Shown piece after piece: positions 18,482-29,424 of a stretch of 55,655 nt of DNA. Source of the stretch: a virus (taxonomy: Duplodnaviria > Caudoviricetes). How positions within the stretch are numbered: the stretch's first letter is position 1; every line of letters starts with the position of its first letter. Under the pieces are notes generated by a model. It saw nothing but the letters and a program-made list of their open reading frames with translations. It was not told where the DNA came from and made no database searches. The stretch lies in IMG/VR virus record IMGVR_UViG_3300001686_000006, positions 1 to 55,655 of that record; one strand, written 5' to 3'. Position numbers and translations under genes: made by a program.

Positions 18482-21400
18482 TGCCGAGTATTGACGAACG
18501 CGTCGTGTCTATGGCCTTCGAGAACAGTGTGTTCGAATCTCGAGTGTCTACCACGATTAACACGCTGTCCAAGCTGGATACGGCAATCAAGAATATTGGT
18601 TCGTCTAACGGACTGCAAAATATCGAAGCGGCAGCGAACAAGGTCACGCTTCAACAGCCTATGTCGGCGTTGGACAAGCTTAAGGCCAAGCTTAGTGGCG
18701 CCGGAACTGGAGCGGCGCAGGGCTTTGGCGATATTGACCGAGCGAGTAACAAGGTCACGCTGGAAGGGCCATCTCGAGCTGTTGACAAGCTCCAAGGTAA
18801 GATGGGGCAGCTCAGTGCGGGTACTACATTTACAGATATTGAGAAGGCTTCCAGCAGAGTCTCGTTGGAGGGGTTGACTCGCTCACTGGATAACGTCACC
18901 CAGAAATTCAGTGTATTGCAAGGTGCAGCTTCAGTGGCATTGGGCGGAATTGCCTCACAAGCGGCACTGAAGGGCGCAGCGTTTGCCAAATCGTTTGCCT
19001 TCGGACCAATTCAGCAAGGGCTCGGAGAATATCAGACCAATCTGAATTCTATCCAGACGATCCTGGCCAACACTCAGGGTCAGCAGGTGTCGGGGCTCGG
19101 CGAGGTCAACAAGCACCTCAACGAACTGAACACCTATTCGGATAAGACGATCTATAACTTCTCCCAGATGGCCCAGAATATCGGTACCTTCACGGCTGCC
19201 GGTGTGGGTCTGGACGAGTCGACCAAGTCGATCAAGGGCATCGCCAACTTGGCAGCTCTATCGGGCTCGAACTCACAGCAGGCCTCCACAGCGATGTATC
19301 AGCTGTCGCAGGCCATTGCCGCTGGTCGAGTGGGGCTGCAGGATTGGAACTCGGTGGTTAACGCCGGTATGGGTGGCGCCGTTTTCCAGAAGGCGTTGAT
19401 GCGGACCGCCGAGAATATGGGTTCGGTCGAGAAGGGCGCGGTCAAGGTCGATAAGGCTACAGGTAAGGCGACCATCAACGGGCAATCATTCCGTGAATCA
19501 ATCATGGCCAAGCCGGGCGAACAGTCCTGGTTGACCTCAGATGTGCTGACCAAGACCTTAGGTCAATTCACGGGCGACATGACCGATGCTCAATTGGCTG
19601 CACAAGGCTTCAGTGCCGAACAGATCAAAGCCATCCAGACTACGGCTAAGAGTGCTCAAGCCGCGGCTACACAGGTCAAGACCCTTCCGCAAGTGTTCGA
19701 TGTGGCCCGAGAGACCATTGGCTCGGGCTGGGCAAAGACCTTCCAAGCCATATTTGGCGATTTCGGCGAATCGAAGAAGACGTTCACCGAGCTGTCGAAT
19801 ACCATCAATGGCTTTATCAATACCAATGCCAACGCCCGTAACAAAGTGTTGGCTGATTGGAAGGCGCTGGGCGGGCGGACAGTATTGATTGGCGGCATCA
19901 AGTCTGCGTTTACCGATCTGATGGCCATCCTCAAGCCAGTCAAGGACGCTTTCCGTGAGATTTTCCCAGCTCAGACGGGTAAGAGCCTGTTTGAACTGAC
20001 CCGTAATTTCAAAAATTTGATGGACACGCTCAAGCCGAGTCCAGAAACTGTGGACAAGCTGCAGCGGATATTTGCCGGATTGTTCGCCGTGGTGCACATC
20101 GGTTGGACCGTGATCAAGGAATTCGTTGGAGTTATCCTTGATCTGCTTGGAGTGATTGGAAAAGGCTCCGGAGGCTTCCTGGGCTTTGTCGCGGCTATTG
20201 GGGATTTCCTGGTCAAAGCGGACAAGGCGCTGACCAAGGGCGGACTACTTAAGGAAATATTTAAGGGTATCGGTTCAGTTCTGGCCGTCCCCTTGCGCTT
20301 GATCAAGGCATTGGCCGGAGCACTGGTCGGCCTATTCGGGGGCGGTGAATCGGGCAAGGCCAAGGGATTCGAGGATTCACTTCAGGGAGTCAACGACAAG
20401 CTGGGATCGTTGAAGGGGGTCATTGACACTGTCGTCGGAGCCTGGAAGAAGCTGGTCGATATTCTTGGCACAGTGAAACAGGCTCTCGACCCGTGGTTCT
20501 CAGATCTGGCTACCAAGCTCAGCAGTGTGGGCGATATTCTCGCTGATGCGTTCAAGGGTCTGAATTTCGAGAAGATCATGCAAGGGTTGCAGGTCGGCTT
20601 CACCGGCGGTATATTCTTGACTTTGAAGAAGGCGCTCGGTGGTGGTGGGGGTCTCACCAGTGTTCTCAGCCCGCTCAAAGATACTCTGGGTAACGTCAAT
20701 GGTCTGTTGAAGGGCTTTACCGGGCAGATGGAAGCCATGCAGAGCAAGCTTCATGCCGAAGCGCTGTTGGCCATTGCTGCTGCCGTCGTGGTTCTGGCAG
20801 CCGGTATCTATATTCTCTCAACGATTAATGGCGACGATCTGTCCAGGGCCATGACAGCAGTCGCTGTGGGTCTGGGCGAACTCATGGGTGCCATGAAGTT
20901 GATGACTACCGGTCTGGGCAAGACCGCCATGTTGCAGCTTCCGATTCTTGCTGCCGGTATGATTGGTCTAGCTCTAGCCACGGTGATCTTGGCCGGAGCG
21001 ATGAAGATATTTGCCACCATGAAATGGGAAGACATCGCCAAGGGCTTGGCTGGAGTCGCCGGATCTATTGCTGGTGTTGCATTGGCGATGAAGCTGATTC
21101 CTGGTGGCGGCGCTGGATTGGTGATTCAGGCGGCAGGTCTTATTCTCCTCGGAGCGGCACTTAATCTCATTGCGGCATCGATGAAGATATTTGCCAGTAT
21201 GAAATGGGAAGAGATTGCCAAGGGACTAGCTGGTGTGGTGGGTTCTATCGCAGGCATTGGCGCTGCGGTGATGCTTATTCCTCCGACCTTGCCCTTGACT
21301 GCAGCTGGTCTGTTGATTCTTGGCGTGGCCCTAAATGCGTTGGGTTTGGCCGTTGGTGTATTTGGCAGTATGAATCTGACCACGCTGGCCAAGGGCCTCG

Positions 21401-24312
21401 TAGGCATGTTTGTGGCTATCTCGGGTATCGGCCTGGCCATATCTCTGATACCGCCAACCATTGGTCTTTCGGCGATTGGACTGTTGCTGGTCGGACAGGC
21501 CATGGTGGTCACTGCTGGAGCCATCGCGTTGTTGGGTAATTTGAGTATTGGTACGTTGGTCAAGGGTATTACCGCATTGGCCGCCACATTGGTGGTCTTG
21601 GCTGCTGGTTTAACGTTGATGATTGTCAGCATACCGGGAGCAGCGGCATTGATGGTGGCTGCAGCGGCTTTGGCCGTGCTGGTTCCGGTGCTAGGCATTC
21701 TTGGTACCATGAAATGGTCCACTATATTCAAGGGCCTGGCCGCTATAGCGGCGGTCATGGTGACTATCGGCATAGCCGGTGTGTTGGCGGCTCCGGGATT
21801 GATCCTTCTAGGTGCGGCTCTACTTCCCTTGGGTTTGGGCCTGCTACTGGTGGCTACCGCGGCGAAGGTGTTTGCCAATGCCGTGTCAGTCATGAGCGAT
21901 AAGGGCCAGCAGGGCTTTGCCGTTCTGCTTACGGCGATAACTGCGTTTATTGCCCTATTGCCAGGACTAGTGATCAGTTTCGTCAAGGGACTTATCAGTA
22001 TTGTGGATCAGGTAGTGGTACTGACTCCCAAGATCATCACGGCATTGGACAAGATTCTCACTACGGTGATTGCGTTTATCATTGCCGAAGCGCCGAAATT
22101 GGCCGTGGCCATCGGTACACTGATCAGTGCCATACTTAAGGTGATTGTCGAAAACGCACCAAAGATTCAAGCCGCAGGATTCAAGCTTCTCCAGGGCCTG
22201 CTCTCTGGGCTATCGCAAAATATCGGATCGATCGTCAGCAAGGCATCGGAAGTCATCGTCAAGTTCCTTGGTGCTCTGTCGGCCAAGGCACCGGCATTAG
22301 TAGCCGCAGGAGCCAAGACGCTGGTCGCCTTTATCAAGGGCATTACCAGCAAGATTGGCGAAGTTGTGGCCACGGTGGCCGGTATGGTGACGAAGTTCAT
22401 CGGTGCCTTGAGCCGGAATATTCCCAAGATCATCGTAGCCGGTCAGAAACTGATCCTTTCGCTGATCGGGGCCATTGCCGGATTTGCGCCACGGATGCTC
22501 AAGAAGGGGGTGGATATCATCATATCCTTCCTCAACGGCATTCAGCAAGCTATTCCGCGACTTAAGAATAAGGCGGTTTCGGTAGCAAGAACCTTTGTTA
22601 ACAATTTGGCCGATGGTCTGGTGAAGTTGGTTAACGTGGGATTCAACGCAATTGTCGATTTCCTCAATGGGCTGGCTCGAGCCATCCGTAAGAACAACAA
22701 GCGATTGGTTGACGCAGGCGCCAACGTGGCCGATGCCATTAGAGATGGCCTGGTCATGGGTTTGCATCGAGCCGTTCCGGCGATTATCCAAGCAGCCAAG
22801 GATCTTGCCCTGGCCATTCCTAATAAGTTCTTGAAAGTCCTGGGCATTGCATCGCCCTCAAAGGTGATGCGATCGATTGGTGAGTTTACCATATTGGGGT
22901 TCGTCAAGGGTATCGACACTACCAAAGATATGCCTGCTCAAGCCGTGGGCAAGATCGTGACGGGAATGATCAGTCAGCTGAGTAAGATTGGTGGAGGTGT
23001 TGCTCCGTCGGCGCTCACGCGAAAGATCGGCAAGGAAATTGCTGGGGGATTCGCTCAAGGGCTCACTGGTTCGGCTTCCGATATTCGTGGCGCGTTCAGT
23101 ACTCTGCGCGGATCACTGACCGAGGAAATCAAGACTACCACTAATAATATCAAAACGGCCAAGGATAAACTGACAACGGAACTGGGCAAGTCGCAGGCTA
23201 ATCAGGATCCAAAGGTGATTGCTGACCTGTCGGCCACGATTAACCAGGGTACTGCCGATATTGCCAAGATGACCGCGGCTCGACGGTTCCTCAACGTGGG
23301 TCTCCGTGATGAGAAGGCACAGCTGGTCGGTCTGTCCAAATCCTATGAGAAGATCTCGACCGATTTGGACCATGCTCAGCAAATCCTTAAGGATCTCGTC
23401 AAACAACGCGATGATGCGGCTAAGGGATTTACCGATAAATTCTCAGCGTTGCCCAGCATTGACGATGGGATGACCGCGGAGCAATTCAAGCAAAAGCTCA
23501 TCGATCGAATCAACGCGGTTAAAAAGTATCATGCCACACTGCAAGCCTTGCGTGGGGCTGGACTGGACGATACGACCTATCAGATGCTGCTTGACCAAGG
23601 TACCGCCGGTCAACAGTTTGCTGAGCAGTTGCTGGCCGGAGGTAAGCCTGCAATTGCCGAGATCAATACTCTGGATTCGAATCTGCAAACCGCAGCTCAG
23701 ACTCTGGGGAATGCCGCAGCGCATAATCTCTATGACGCTGGAGTAAAGGCGGCACAGGGTCTGGTAAGTGGTCTGAAGTCGCAGAAGGCCGCGGTCAGAA
23801 AGATGATGGAAGACCTGGCCGACGCCATGATCAAGGCGATCAAACGGAAGCTGAAGATCCGGTCGCCCTCGGAGATATTTACCGAGGTCGGTCAATTTGT
23901 GACTCAGGGTCTGATTCGAGGTCTCGAAGATTCCTCAGCGGCCAAGACCGCAGCCACGAAGCTCGGCGAGGATGTATTGTCGGCCATGTCTGGAGCAATT
24001 ACCGACAATCTTAACATCGATCCGGTCATCGCTCCGATCTTGGATCTCTCCCAAGTGAAGAGCGAAGCGGGAAAGCTGAGCGGCCTATTGCCAACGCCGA
24101 CCATTGCTGCGGCAACATCGTTCGATCAAGCGGCTCGGATATCCGATCAGAAGTCGACATTGGATGCCGTTGCTGCAGATCAAGTGGTTCCCGGTACAAC
24201 GGTGACTTTGAATCAGAACAACTATTCACCCGATCCGTTGTCTAATATCGAGCTCTATCGACAGACGAACAATCAGCTCACCCGACTCAAGAGTCTGGTT
24301 GGCGTCAAGTAA
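18481..24312 (+). CDS. Tape measure protein
   Basis: About 1940 aa, Ala/Gly/Leu-rich with periodic amphipathic repeats and two I(A/R)SPS motifs; start MPSIDERVV after AAGGAGG, TAATG overlap. Confidence 0.93.
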   Translation: MPSIDERVVSMAFENSVFESRVSTTINTLSKLDTAIKNIGSSNGLQNIEAAANKVTLQQPMSALDKLKAKLSGAGTGAAQGFGDIDRASNKVTLEGPSRAVDKLQGKMGQLSAGTTFTDIEKASSRVSLEGLTRSLDNVTQKFSVLQGAASVALGGIASQAALKGAAFAKSFAFGPIQQGLGEYQTNLNSIQTILANTQGQQVSGLGEVNKHLNELNTYSDKTIYNFSQMAQNIGTFTAAGVGLDESTKSIKGIANLAALSGSNSQQASTAMYQLSQAIAAGRVGLQDWNSVVNAGMGGAVFQKALMRTAENMGSVEKGAVKVDKATGKATINGQSFRESIMAKPGEQSWLTSDVLTKTLGQFTGDMTDAQLAAQGFSAEQIKAIQTTAKSAQAAATQVKTLPQVFDVARETIGSGWAKTFQAIFGDFGESKKTFTELSNTINGFINTNANARNKVLADWKALGGRTVLIGGIKSAFTDLMAILKPVKDAFREIFPAQTGKSLFELTRNFKNLMDTLKPSPETVDKLQRIFAGLFAVVHIGWTVIKEFVGVILDLLGVIGKGSGGFLGFVAAIGDFLVKADKALTKGGLLKEIFKGIGSVLAVPLRLIKALAGALVGLFGGGESGKAKGFEDSLQGVNDKLGSLKGVIDTVVGAWKKLVDILGTVKQALDPWFSDLATKLSSVGDILADAFKGLNFEKIMQGLQVGFTGGIFLTLKKALGGGGGLTSVLSPLKDTLGNVNGLLKGFTGQMEAMQSKLHAEALLAIAAAVVVLAAGIYILSTINGDDLSRAMTAVAVGLGELMGAMKLMTTGLGKTAMLQLPILAAGMIGLALATVILAGAMKIFATMKWEDIAKGLAGVAGSIAGVALAMKLIPGGGAGLVIQAAGLILLGAALNLIAASMKIFASMKWEEIAKGLAGVVGSIAGIGAAVMLIPPTLPLTAAGLLILGVALNALGLAVGVFGSMNLTTLAKGLVGMFVAISGIGLAISLIPPTIGLSAIGLLLVGQAMVVTAGAIALLGNLSIGTLVKGITALAATLVVLAAGLTLMIVSIPGAAALMVAAAALAVLVPVLGILGTMKWSTIFKGLAAIAAVMVTIGIAGVLAAPGLILLGAALLPLGLGLLLVATAAKVFANAVSVMSDKGQQGFAVLLTAITAFIALLPGLVISFVKGLISIVDQVVVLTPKIITALDKILTTVIAFIIAEAPKLAVAIGTLISAILKVIVENAPKIQAAGFKLLQGLLSGLSQNIGSIVSKASEVIVKFLGALSAKAPALVAAGAKTLVAFIKGITSKIGEVVATVAGMVTKFIGALSRNIPKIIVAGQKLILSLIGAIAGFAPRMLKKGVDIIISFLNGIQQAIPRLKNKAVSVARTFVNNLADGLVKLVNVGFNAIVDFLNGLARAIRKNNKRLVDAGANVADAIRDGLVMGLHRAVPAIIQAAKDLALAIPNKFLKVLGIASPSKVMRSIGEFTILGFVKGIDTTKDMPAQAVGKIVTGMISQLSKIGGGVAPSALTRKIGKEIAGGFAQGLTGSASDIRGAFSTLRGSLTEEIKTTTNNIKTAKDKLTTELGKSQANQDPKVIADLSATINQGTADIAKMTAARRFLNVGLRDEKAQLVGLSKSYEKISTDLDHAQQILKDLVKQRDDAAKGFTDKFSALPSIDDGMTAEQFKQKLIDRINAVKKYHATLQALRGAGLDDTTYQMLLDQGTAGQQFAEQLLAGGKPAIAEINTLDSNLQTAAQTLGNAAAHNLYDAGVKAAQGLVSGLKSQKAAVRKMMEDLADAMIKAIKRKLKIRSPSEIFTEVGQFVTQGLIRGLEDSSAAKTAATKLGEDVLSAMSGAITDNLNIDPVIAPILDLSQVKSEAGKLSGLLPTPTIAAATSFDQAARISDQKSTLDAVAADQVVPGTTVTLNQNNYSPDPLSNIELYRQTNNQLTRLKSLVGVK

Positions 24313-24316
24313 ACTT

Positions 24317-24376
24317 GGCCGGGTCCTGTAAGAGGGGGTGTTCTCGCTCCCCCCTGACATCCCGCAGGACCCGGCT
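24317..24376 (+). other. Long GC-rich hairpin after the tape measure gene
   Basis: GCCGGGTCCTG (24318-28) pairs with CAGGACCCGGC (24365-75); inner AGGGGG/CCCCCT; no U-tract. Confidence 0.6.
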
Positions 24377-24409
24377 GAGAAACTGCTTATACGAAAGGAG
24401 GCATGAAGC

Positions 24410-25255
24410 GTGATCCAACGGATTGAAATCGTCAGTTCATATTCTAATACTCCGGATCTGCCACTGACCAGCGGCTTCATGCCCAACAACGATCCGGTGC
24501 AAATCCGCAGTATTGACGGGTTAGGGCCGGTCAAGGCGGATATTTCATCCACTCCGTTTGCCACCGGTCGAGGAGAATTGTATCAGGGGGCCAGTACCGG
24601 AAAACGCAATATTATTCTTACTCTGGGTTTGAATCCGGACTGGGTAGATCATACGATGTCATCTTTGCGCCAGCTCTTGTACCGATATTTCATGGTGGAG
24701 AGTTGGGTAACGATGCGTTTCTTCACCGATGATCATCCTCTGGTAACCATTACTGGAAATGTTGAGTCATTCGAGCCCAACATATTCGCTCAAGATCCAG
24801 AGATTCAAATCTCGATTCTCTGTCCCAAGCCTGATTTCGTTGAGGTGGACACCACCTTGATCAAAGGGATAGTGGATAAGGGAGAAAGTGTCACGGTTAT
24901 CGATTACGAGGGAACAGTACCTACAGGATTTGAACTTCGAGTTATGTCTACGCCTGATCTGGACTCATATTTCGGAGTTATCGTCGTAGAGAACCAGATT
25001 TCAGATGAGGAATTTCGGATCAATGCGGTAACCGTAGATACTTCGCAATATTTGCGACTGAATACAGTGAAGACCACAAGATTCGTGCATACTGTGGTTA
25101 TCGCCGATGGCTCTGAGGTCAATATTCTGGCGAGAATGGAAAAGGTGTCCGATTGGCCTGCACTACTGCCGGGAAAGAACGAGCTTTCCGTAAGAGCAAT
25201 TTCGCCAGGACAGAAGTGGACTATGGGATATTTCAACCGGTTCGGAGGGCTATAG
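24410..25255 (+). CDS. Distal tail (Dit-like) minor tail protein
   Basis: Follows the tape measure; IDGLGP, RNIILTL, ISILCPKPDF and LLPGKNEL motifs. Confidence 0.75.
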   Translation: MIQRIEIVSSYSNTPDLPLTSGFMPNNDPVQIRSIDGLGPVKADISSTPFATGRGELYQGASTGKRNIILTLGLNPDWVDHTMSSLRQLLYRYFMVESWVTMRFFTDDHPLVTITGNVESFEPNIFAQDPEIQISILCPKPDFVEVDTTLIKGIVDKGESVTVIDYEGTVPTGFELRVMSTPDLDSYFGVIVVENQISDEEFRINAVTVDTSQYLRLNTVKTTRFVHTVVIADGSEVNILARMEKVSDWPALLPGKNELSVRAISPGQKWTMGYFNRFGGL

Positions 25256-25256
25256 C

Positions 25257-27350
25257 ATGGAGCTGTATACCCTGTCCAATCGGTTTCTGCCAAAGTACAG
25301 CATAACTCAGTTCACTTCGGCCATCTGGACGGAGCGATATGCCTCCGCCGGAGATTTTGAACTCGTGGTGCAACCCAATCCGTCCATGATTGATAGATTG
25401 GCCAAAGGCACGTTTCTGGGCTTGCGGGGCACCAAGGAAATTATGCAGGTCGAGACTCAGTCATTGGAAAACGGATTGCTGACCGTCAAAGGCGCGTCTC
25501 TGCCCAACTTCCTCAATGAACGGGCAGCTTGGTTTGCCAATCCAGAATACGATGGTACTGATACCACGGCTAAACTATCGGCCGAGTATACTGAGGAGCT
25601 TACTACCGCGGGACAGATTATTTCCACTGCGGTGAGCAATCTAGTTATTCATCCTACACCGTTTGGATCCTATTGGGCCCCAATTAATCTGGATTGGGCA
25701 CGTGACCAGATTCCCGGTCTATATTTAGGCAGAGTAGATCATAACGGAGCCGCCAAACGACTGACGATTAGTCTTGGCCAGCTCTATGACAGTATTTCAT
25801 CACTGGCCCAAGAAGAAGGTCTGGGGTTCAAGCTATATCTGGAATCGGCGAGTTACACTGGAAGTTACGTTCTGAAATTCGCCACCTATCGGGGCAAGGA
25901 TCGAACTAGCGATCAAAATTCTAATCTGCTGATTCGACTATCACCCAAGCTGGATTCGCTGACTGATGTGAAGGAGATCAACTCGATCTCGCAATACAAG
26001 AACGTGTTCTATGTGGTGTACAAGAACGAAATTTCCACCCATTATATTCCAGGCTTGCCCATTCCTACCGGGTTCGATCGTCGCGTGATCGTGGTCGAGG
26101 CACCTGATCTGTACTTTAATCCCGCCTTACCGGATTATGCGGCTAAAGTCGCAGCTTTCCGCGAACAAGTGGCACGTAACGCAATTGCCAATCACGTTTA
26201 TATCCAAGCTGTAGATGGTCGGATCTCGCAACAGATCGGCTATAAATTCGGCGACGATTACTATTTGGGTGATGTTATCGAGCTGGAAGGCTTCACCGGG
26301 CTGCTGTCCAAGGCGCGGGTAACTGAGTATATTCGCTCGCAAGATCAATTCGGTGAGCAGGAGTATCCCACCTTAGCCGTGTTGGACCCACTATTTACGG
26401 GGTATATGCCGGATCTGGAACCGGATTCAGATTTCAATCCGGACTGGGCCGAAGATCCTGATTATGATTTCGATTACGAAGATGATCCGGATTGGGCCAC
26501 CGATCCCGATATTACGACACCATCGGATAGCGATTTGCTCGATCCGCGTGATCCACCGGATTACAATCCTGATATGGTTCCGGTGTTTGATGATACTCCG
26601 ACAGTTGGCGACGGTAATGGTGACGGGGGTGGCGGGGGTGGCGGACCGCATGAGGGTGACTTTGAGTTTCTCGACTTGACGTATCGTAGTCTATACCCGA
26701 ATTTGGGGTATTTTATTCCTCCAGATCCTGCACCGTTTTACGAAAGCACCAGCGCAGGTACATACACTTGTGATCCCTCGCCATTGGCTCCGCCAGGCTC
26801 GCAACCTGTAACCTGTTTGAAACCGTGGCCTACCAATACCTATAACTTCGTAAATTGGACTCTTGCCGATTTCTTGTTTCAATCAGGCGGAACTTCGCTT
26901 GAGGGACCGGACGTTACTTTCGGTAATCCACCGCCAGGATATCCGCATATCGATTTCATTACCATCGAAGCTAGACTCGAATGGTCGGTGTTTGGCTCAG
27001 CTGGGGCAACAAGCGGATGTTACGTCGATCCGCCGGGATGGCCAGGATATGGCCAAGCCCATTGCGGCGATCCAGTTCATCTCTCGGAACTCCGTTTCTT
27101 TGTCGAAATCGGCGTTCAGCTCATACCTTTCGGTGATGGAGAATACCAGGGATTGCTTTCGTTTTCCAGTGAAGATCCGGCCGATTGGCACTACCAAGAT
27201 GAACCAGATAATCCTCATAGTGCTTCACTATTTGATCCTAACCTCGTCACGACGGCAAATATAAATGCCGTATTCAGTGGATGGAACAAGATAGGAATTC
27301 TAGCAAGACTTACGTTAACACCGTGGTCATATTATGAGGCAAGGAGGTGA
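25257..27350 (+). CDS. Tail tip/hub minor tail protein with Asp/Pro-rich linker and C-terminal extension
   Basis: SAIWTERY..AGDFEL and YKFGDDYYLGDVI motifs of siphovirus Gp37-like proteins. Confidence 0.75.
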   Translation: MELYTLSNRFLPKYSITQFTSAIWTERYASAGDFELVVQPNPSMIDRLAKGTFLGLRGTKEIMQVETQSLENGLLTVKGASLPNFLNERAAWFANPEYDGTDTTAKLSAEYTEELTTAGQIISTAVSNLVIHPTPFGSYWAPINLDWARDQIPGLYLGRVDHNGAAKRLTISLGQLYDSISSLAQEEGLGFKLYLESASYTGSYVLKFATYRGKDRTSDQNSNLLIRLSPKLDSLTDVKEINSISQYKNVFYVVYKNEISTHYIPGLPIPTGFDRRVIVVEAPDLYFNPALPDYAAKVAAFREQVARNAIANHVYIQAVDGRISQQIGYKFGDDYYLGDVIELEGFTGLLSKARVTEYIRSQDQFGEQEYPTLAVLDPLFTGYMPDLEPDSDFNPDWAEDPDYDFDYEDDPDWATDPDITTPSDSDLLDPRDPPDYNPDMVPVFDDTPTVGDGNGDGGGGGGGPHEGDFEFLDLTYRSLYPNLGYFIPPDPAPFYESTSAGTYTCDPSPLAPPGSQPVTCLKPWPTNTYNFVNWTLADFLFQSGGTSLEGPDVTFGNPPPGYPHIDFITIEARLEWSVFGSAGATSGCYVDPPGWPGYGQAHCGDPVHLSELRFFVEIGVQLIPFGDGEYQGLLSFSSEDPADWHYQDEPDNPHSASLFDPNLVTTANINAVFSGWNKIGILARLTLTPWSYYEARR

Positions 27351-27353
27351 AAC

Positions 27354-27674
27354 ATGCAAAGTCACCAAACTGCTCTGTGGGCGGCGGTATCGGCGTTTTT
27401 CGGTAGTTTGTTGACCATTGGGGCAATAAATCTCCTGAATCCTGAGGATTTTATTCGGTTTGCTGGGGCGATTGTCGTTGCGGTCATCACAGGCGGAGCG
27501 GTCTATGCCAAACAGCGCCTCGATGAGGCCAAGAAGACCGAATACGATGGCAAGATGGTAGTGGCAGTAGAGGGTGACAAAAAAGTCTTTAGTCTCGAAC
27601 TTGATAGCGACCCTAATAATCTCGATCAGAAAGATAAAGTTGTTTTCAAGGTGGTTAAAGCTCCTAGTGGGTAA
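27354..27674 (+). CDS. Two-TM membrane protein (holin candidate)
   Basis: AAGGAGG SD; two hydrophobic helices, charged C-terminus, end of the structural block. Confidence 0.5.
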   Translation: MQSHQTALWAAVSAFFGSLLTIGAINLLNPEDFIRFAGAIVVAVITGGAVYAKQRLDEAKKTEYDGKMVVAVEGDKKVFSLELDSDPNNLDQKDKVVFKVVKAPSG

Positions 27675-27808
27675 ACTAGGAATCTTATTTGTCTGTTTTC
27701 TCGGGTTATTTGCAATCATGGTAATCTTTTTCATAGTTTCTGCACCAGGATTGTAAGGGTTTCGCGGCCAAAACACGGCCTATAATGAAACCCTATCAAA
27801 GGAGAGTA

Positions 27809-28147
27809 ATGTTTACCCAAACCGAAACCGAAACCAAGCTCGAAGCTGAGATACATTCTCTGCTCGCCAAGCTGAAGGAGACCACCAAGGATACCGAAGA
27901 ATACGGCATCCTCGTCGACCGCATGTCCAAGCTGCACAAGCTGAAGACCGATGAACAGACGCAGACGCAAAACGCAGAAGAACTTCTGCACAAGCTGAAG
28001 CCTGAAGAACGGTTCAAGCAGATCAGTCCGGACACCGTGCTCGTCGTTGTCGCCAATATATTTGGCATCCTGTGGCTCACTCGCTACGAGCGCGAACGCG
28101 TTATCAACAGCAAAGCGCTTGGCTTCGTGATGAGGCCCAACCGGTAA
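27809..28147 (+). CDS. Membrane-anchored phage protein
   Basis: AAGGAG SD; coiled coil then SPDTVLVVVANIFGILWL hydrophobic segment. Confidence 0.75.
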   Translation: MFTQTETETKLEAEIHSLLAKLKETTKDTEEYGILVDRMSKLHKLKTDEQTQTQNAEELLHKLKPEERFKQISPDTVLVVVANIFGILWLTRYERERVINSKALGFVMRPNR

Positions 28148-28344
28148 GCACTAGTCCTAAACGGGCTATCAAAGGGAGGGGCTCGTGTGAAATACACGGC
28201 CTCTCTTTTTTCAAAATTCAAAAAAATCCCGGGGGGAGATTTTCGTACAACGTTCAGATATTGACTCGTCTTTGTCATAGATACTGATTCGTGCTCGCGT
28301 ATATTTCCGGGCGTATAGTGATACCCACTACCCAAGGAGTTGTC

Positions 28345-28560
28345 ATGCCCAAGAAGTATGCCATTCGTATTACCGAGAACACCCTCGACCTCGTCACCGT
28401 TCTGAATTCGGGTGTGCGACCGCGGCGGGGAGAGGGGAATAACACCTATTTCCTCTTCGCCGTCGATTCGCCAAACACGACCACGGACCATGACGTCGTC
28501 CACATGGATGACCTCGCGATCTACGACGGCAACGATCCGGACCCCCGCATCATCCTTTAG
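28345..28560 (+). CDS. Cassette protein, AxxLTxEN family (divergent)
   Basis: Motif + AAGGAG SD + terminator; MPKKYAIRITENTLDLV. Confidence 0.75.
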   Translation: MPKKYAIRITENTLDLVTVLNSGVRPRRGEGNNTYFLFAVDSPNTTTDHDVVHMDDLAIYDGNDPDPRIIL

Positions 28561-28659
28561 TAGTATTCAAGACTGTAGAGCCCTGTAACACGGGCTCTCA
28601 GTTTTTCGCGTATATTTCAGGGCATGTAATAGATAACCCCACTAACCAAAGGAATTCAA

Positions 28660-28944
28660 ATGCCCTCATTTGATGTCTACGCAATCAAGCTCACGAACGA
28701 GAACATCCCCGCCATCGTCGCAGCCGCGCAGCCTCTCGGTTGGAACCTGGACCACCTTCAGGATAGCATGAGTGCCAATTTCGATGTTCTCTACTTTGAC
28801 ACCATGCTGTACATGAAGCTGTGGCACGGAACCATCGAGATCGCTACGTTCTCCGACGAGGCGCTGGATCCTAACTTCGAGCCCCGATTGACTAGCACCA
28901 TCGATCCGCTATTTGGACTTCTCTACAAGCTAGAGACCATCTAA
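28660..28944 (+). CDS. Cassette protein, AxxLTxEN family
   Basis: Motif + SD + terminator; YAIKLTNENIPAIV. Confidence 0.8.
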   Translation: MPSFDVYAIKLTNENIPAIVAAAQPLGWNLDHLQDSMSANFDVLYFDTMLYMKLWHGTIEIATFSDEALDPNFEPRLTSTIDPLFGLLYKLETI

Positions 28945-29035
28945 AGAGCGAGCCCCTAACACGGGCTTTCTCTTTTTCGCGTATATTTCAGGGCGTATAA
29001 TGAGATCCTAAACAACCTTACAAGGAGAACCAATT

Positions 29036-29329
29036 ATGCCCGAACCCATCCCTGGGAGCGTCATGCTCACGGACGATAACGTCGAACGCATTATTGAAGT
29101 TGCCGCTAAGCGCGGCTTCACGATTGGCCGCCTTCGCGACAGTATCAAATATCACGCCCGTCACGGCGATGAGACGATTCTGTTCACGTCGGTCTACCCG
29201 TGGAGCCAGCAGATCAGCAATTTCAACGATGTGCCGTTCGACTCGTCGATCCATCCCGCATCTGGCGTTCCTCTGATGACTACCGAGGAATTTCTGGCCC
29301 TGCTCGAAAGCACGCCCGAGATCTCATAA
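29036..29329 (+). CDS. Cassette protein, AxxLTxEN family
   Basis: Motif + SD + terminator; SVMLTDDNVERII. Confidence 0.8.
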   Translation: MPEPIPGSVMLTDDNVERIIEVAAKRGFTIGRLRDSIKYHARHGDETILFTSVYPWSQQISNFNDVPFDSSIHPASGVPLMTTEEFLALLESTPEIS

Positions 29330-29424
29330 AGGCAGGCCCGCAAACGCGGGCTTTCCTTTTTTGCACTATAGTCGCGGGAATTTCATGGAGTATAATAGAT
29401 AATCCCTAACAAAAGGAAAACACA

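Noticed and set aside
29364-29371. CACTATAG as a T7 promoter or vector contamination
   Set aside because: Only 8 bp match, upstream T7 bases absent; part of a native junction repeated at 31082.
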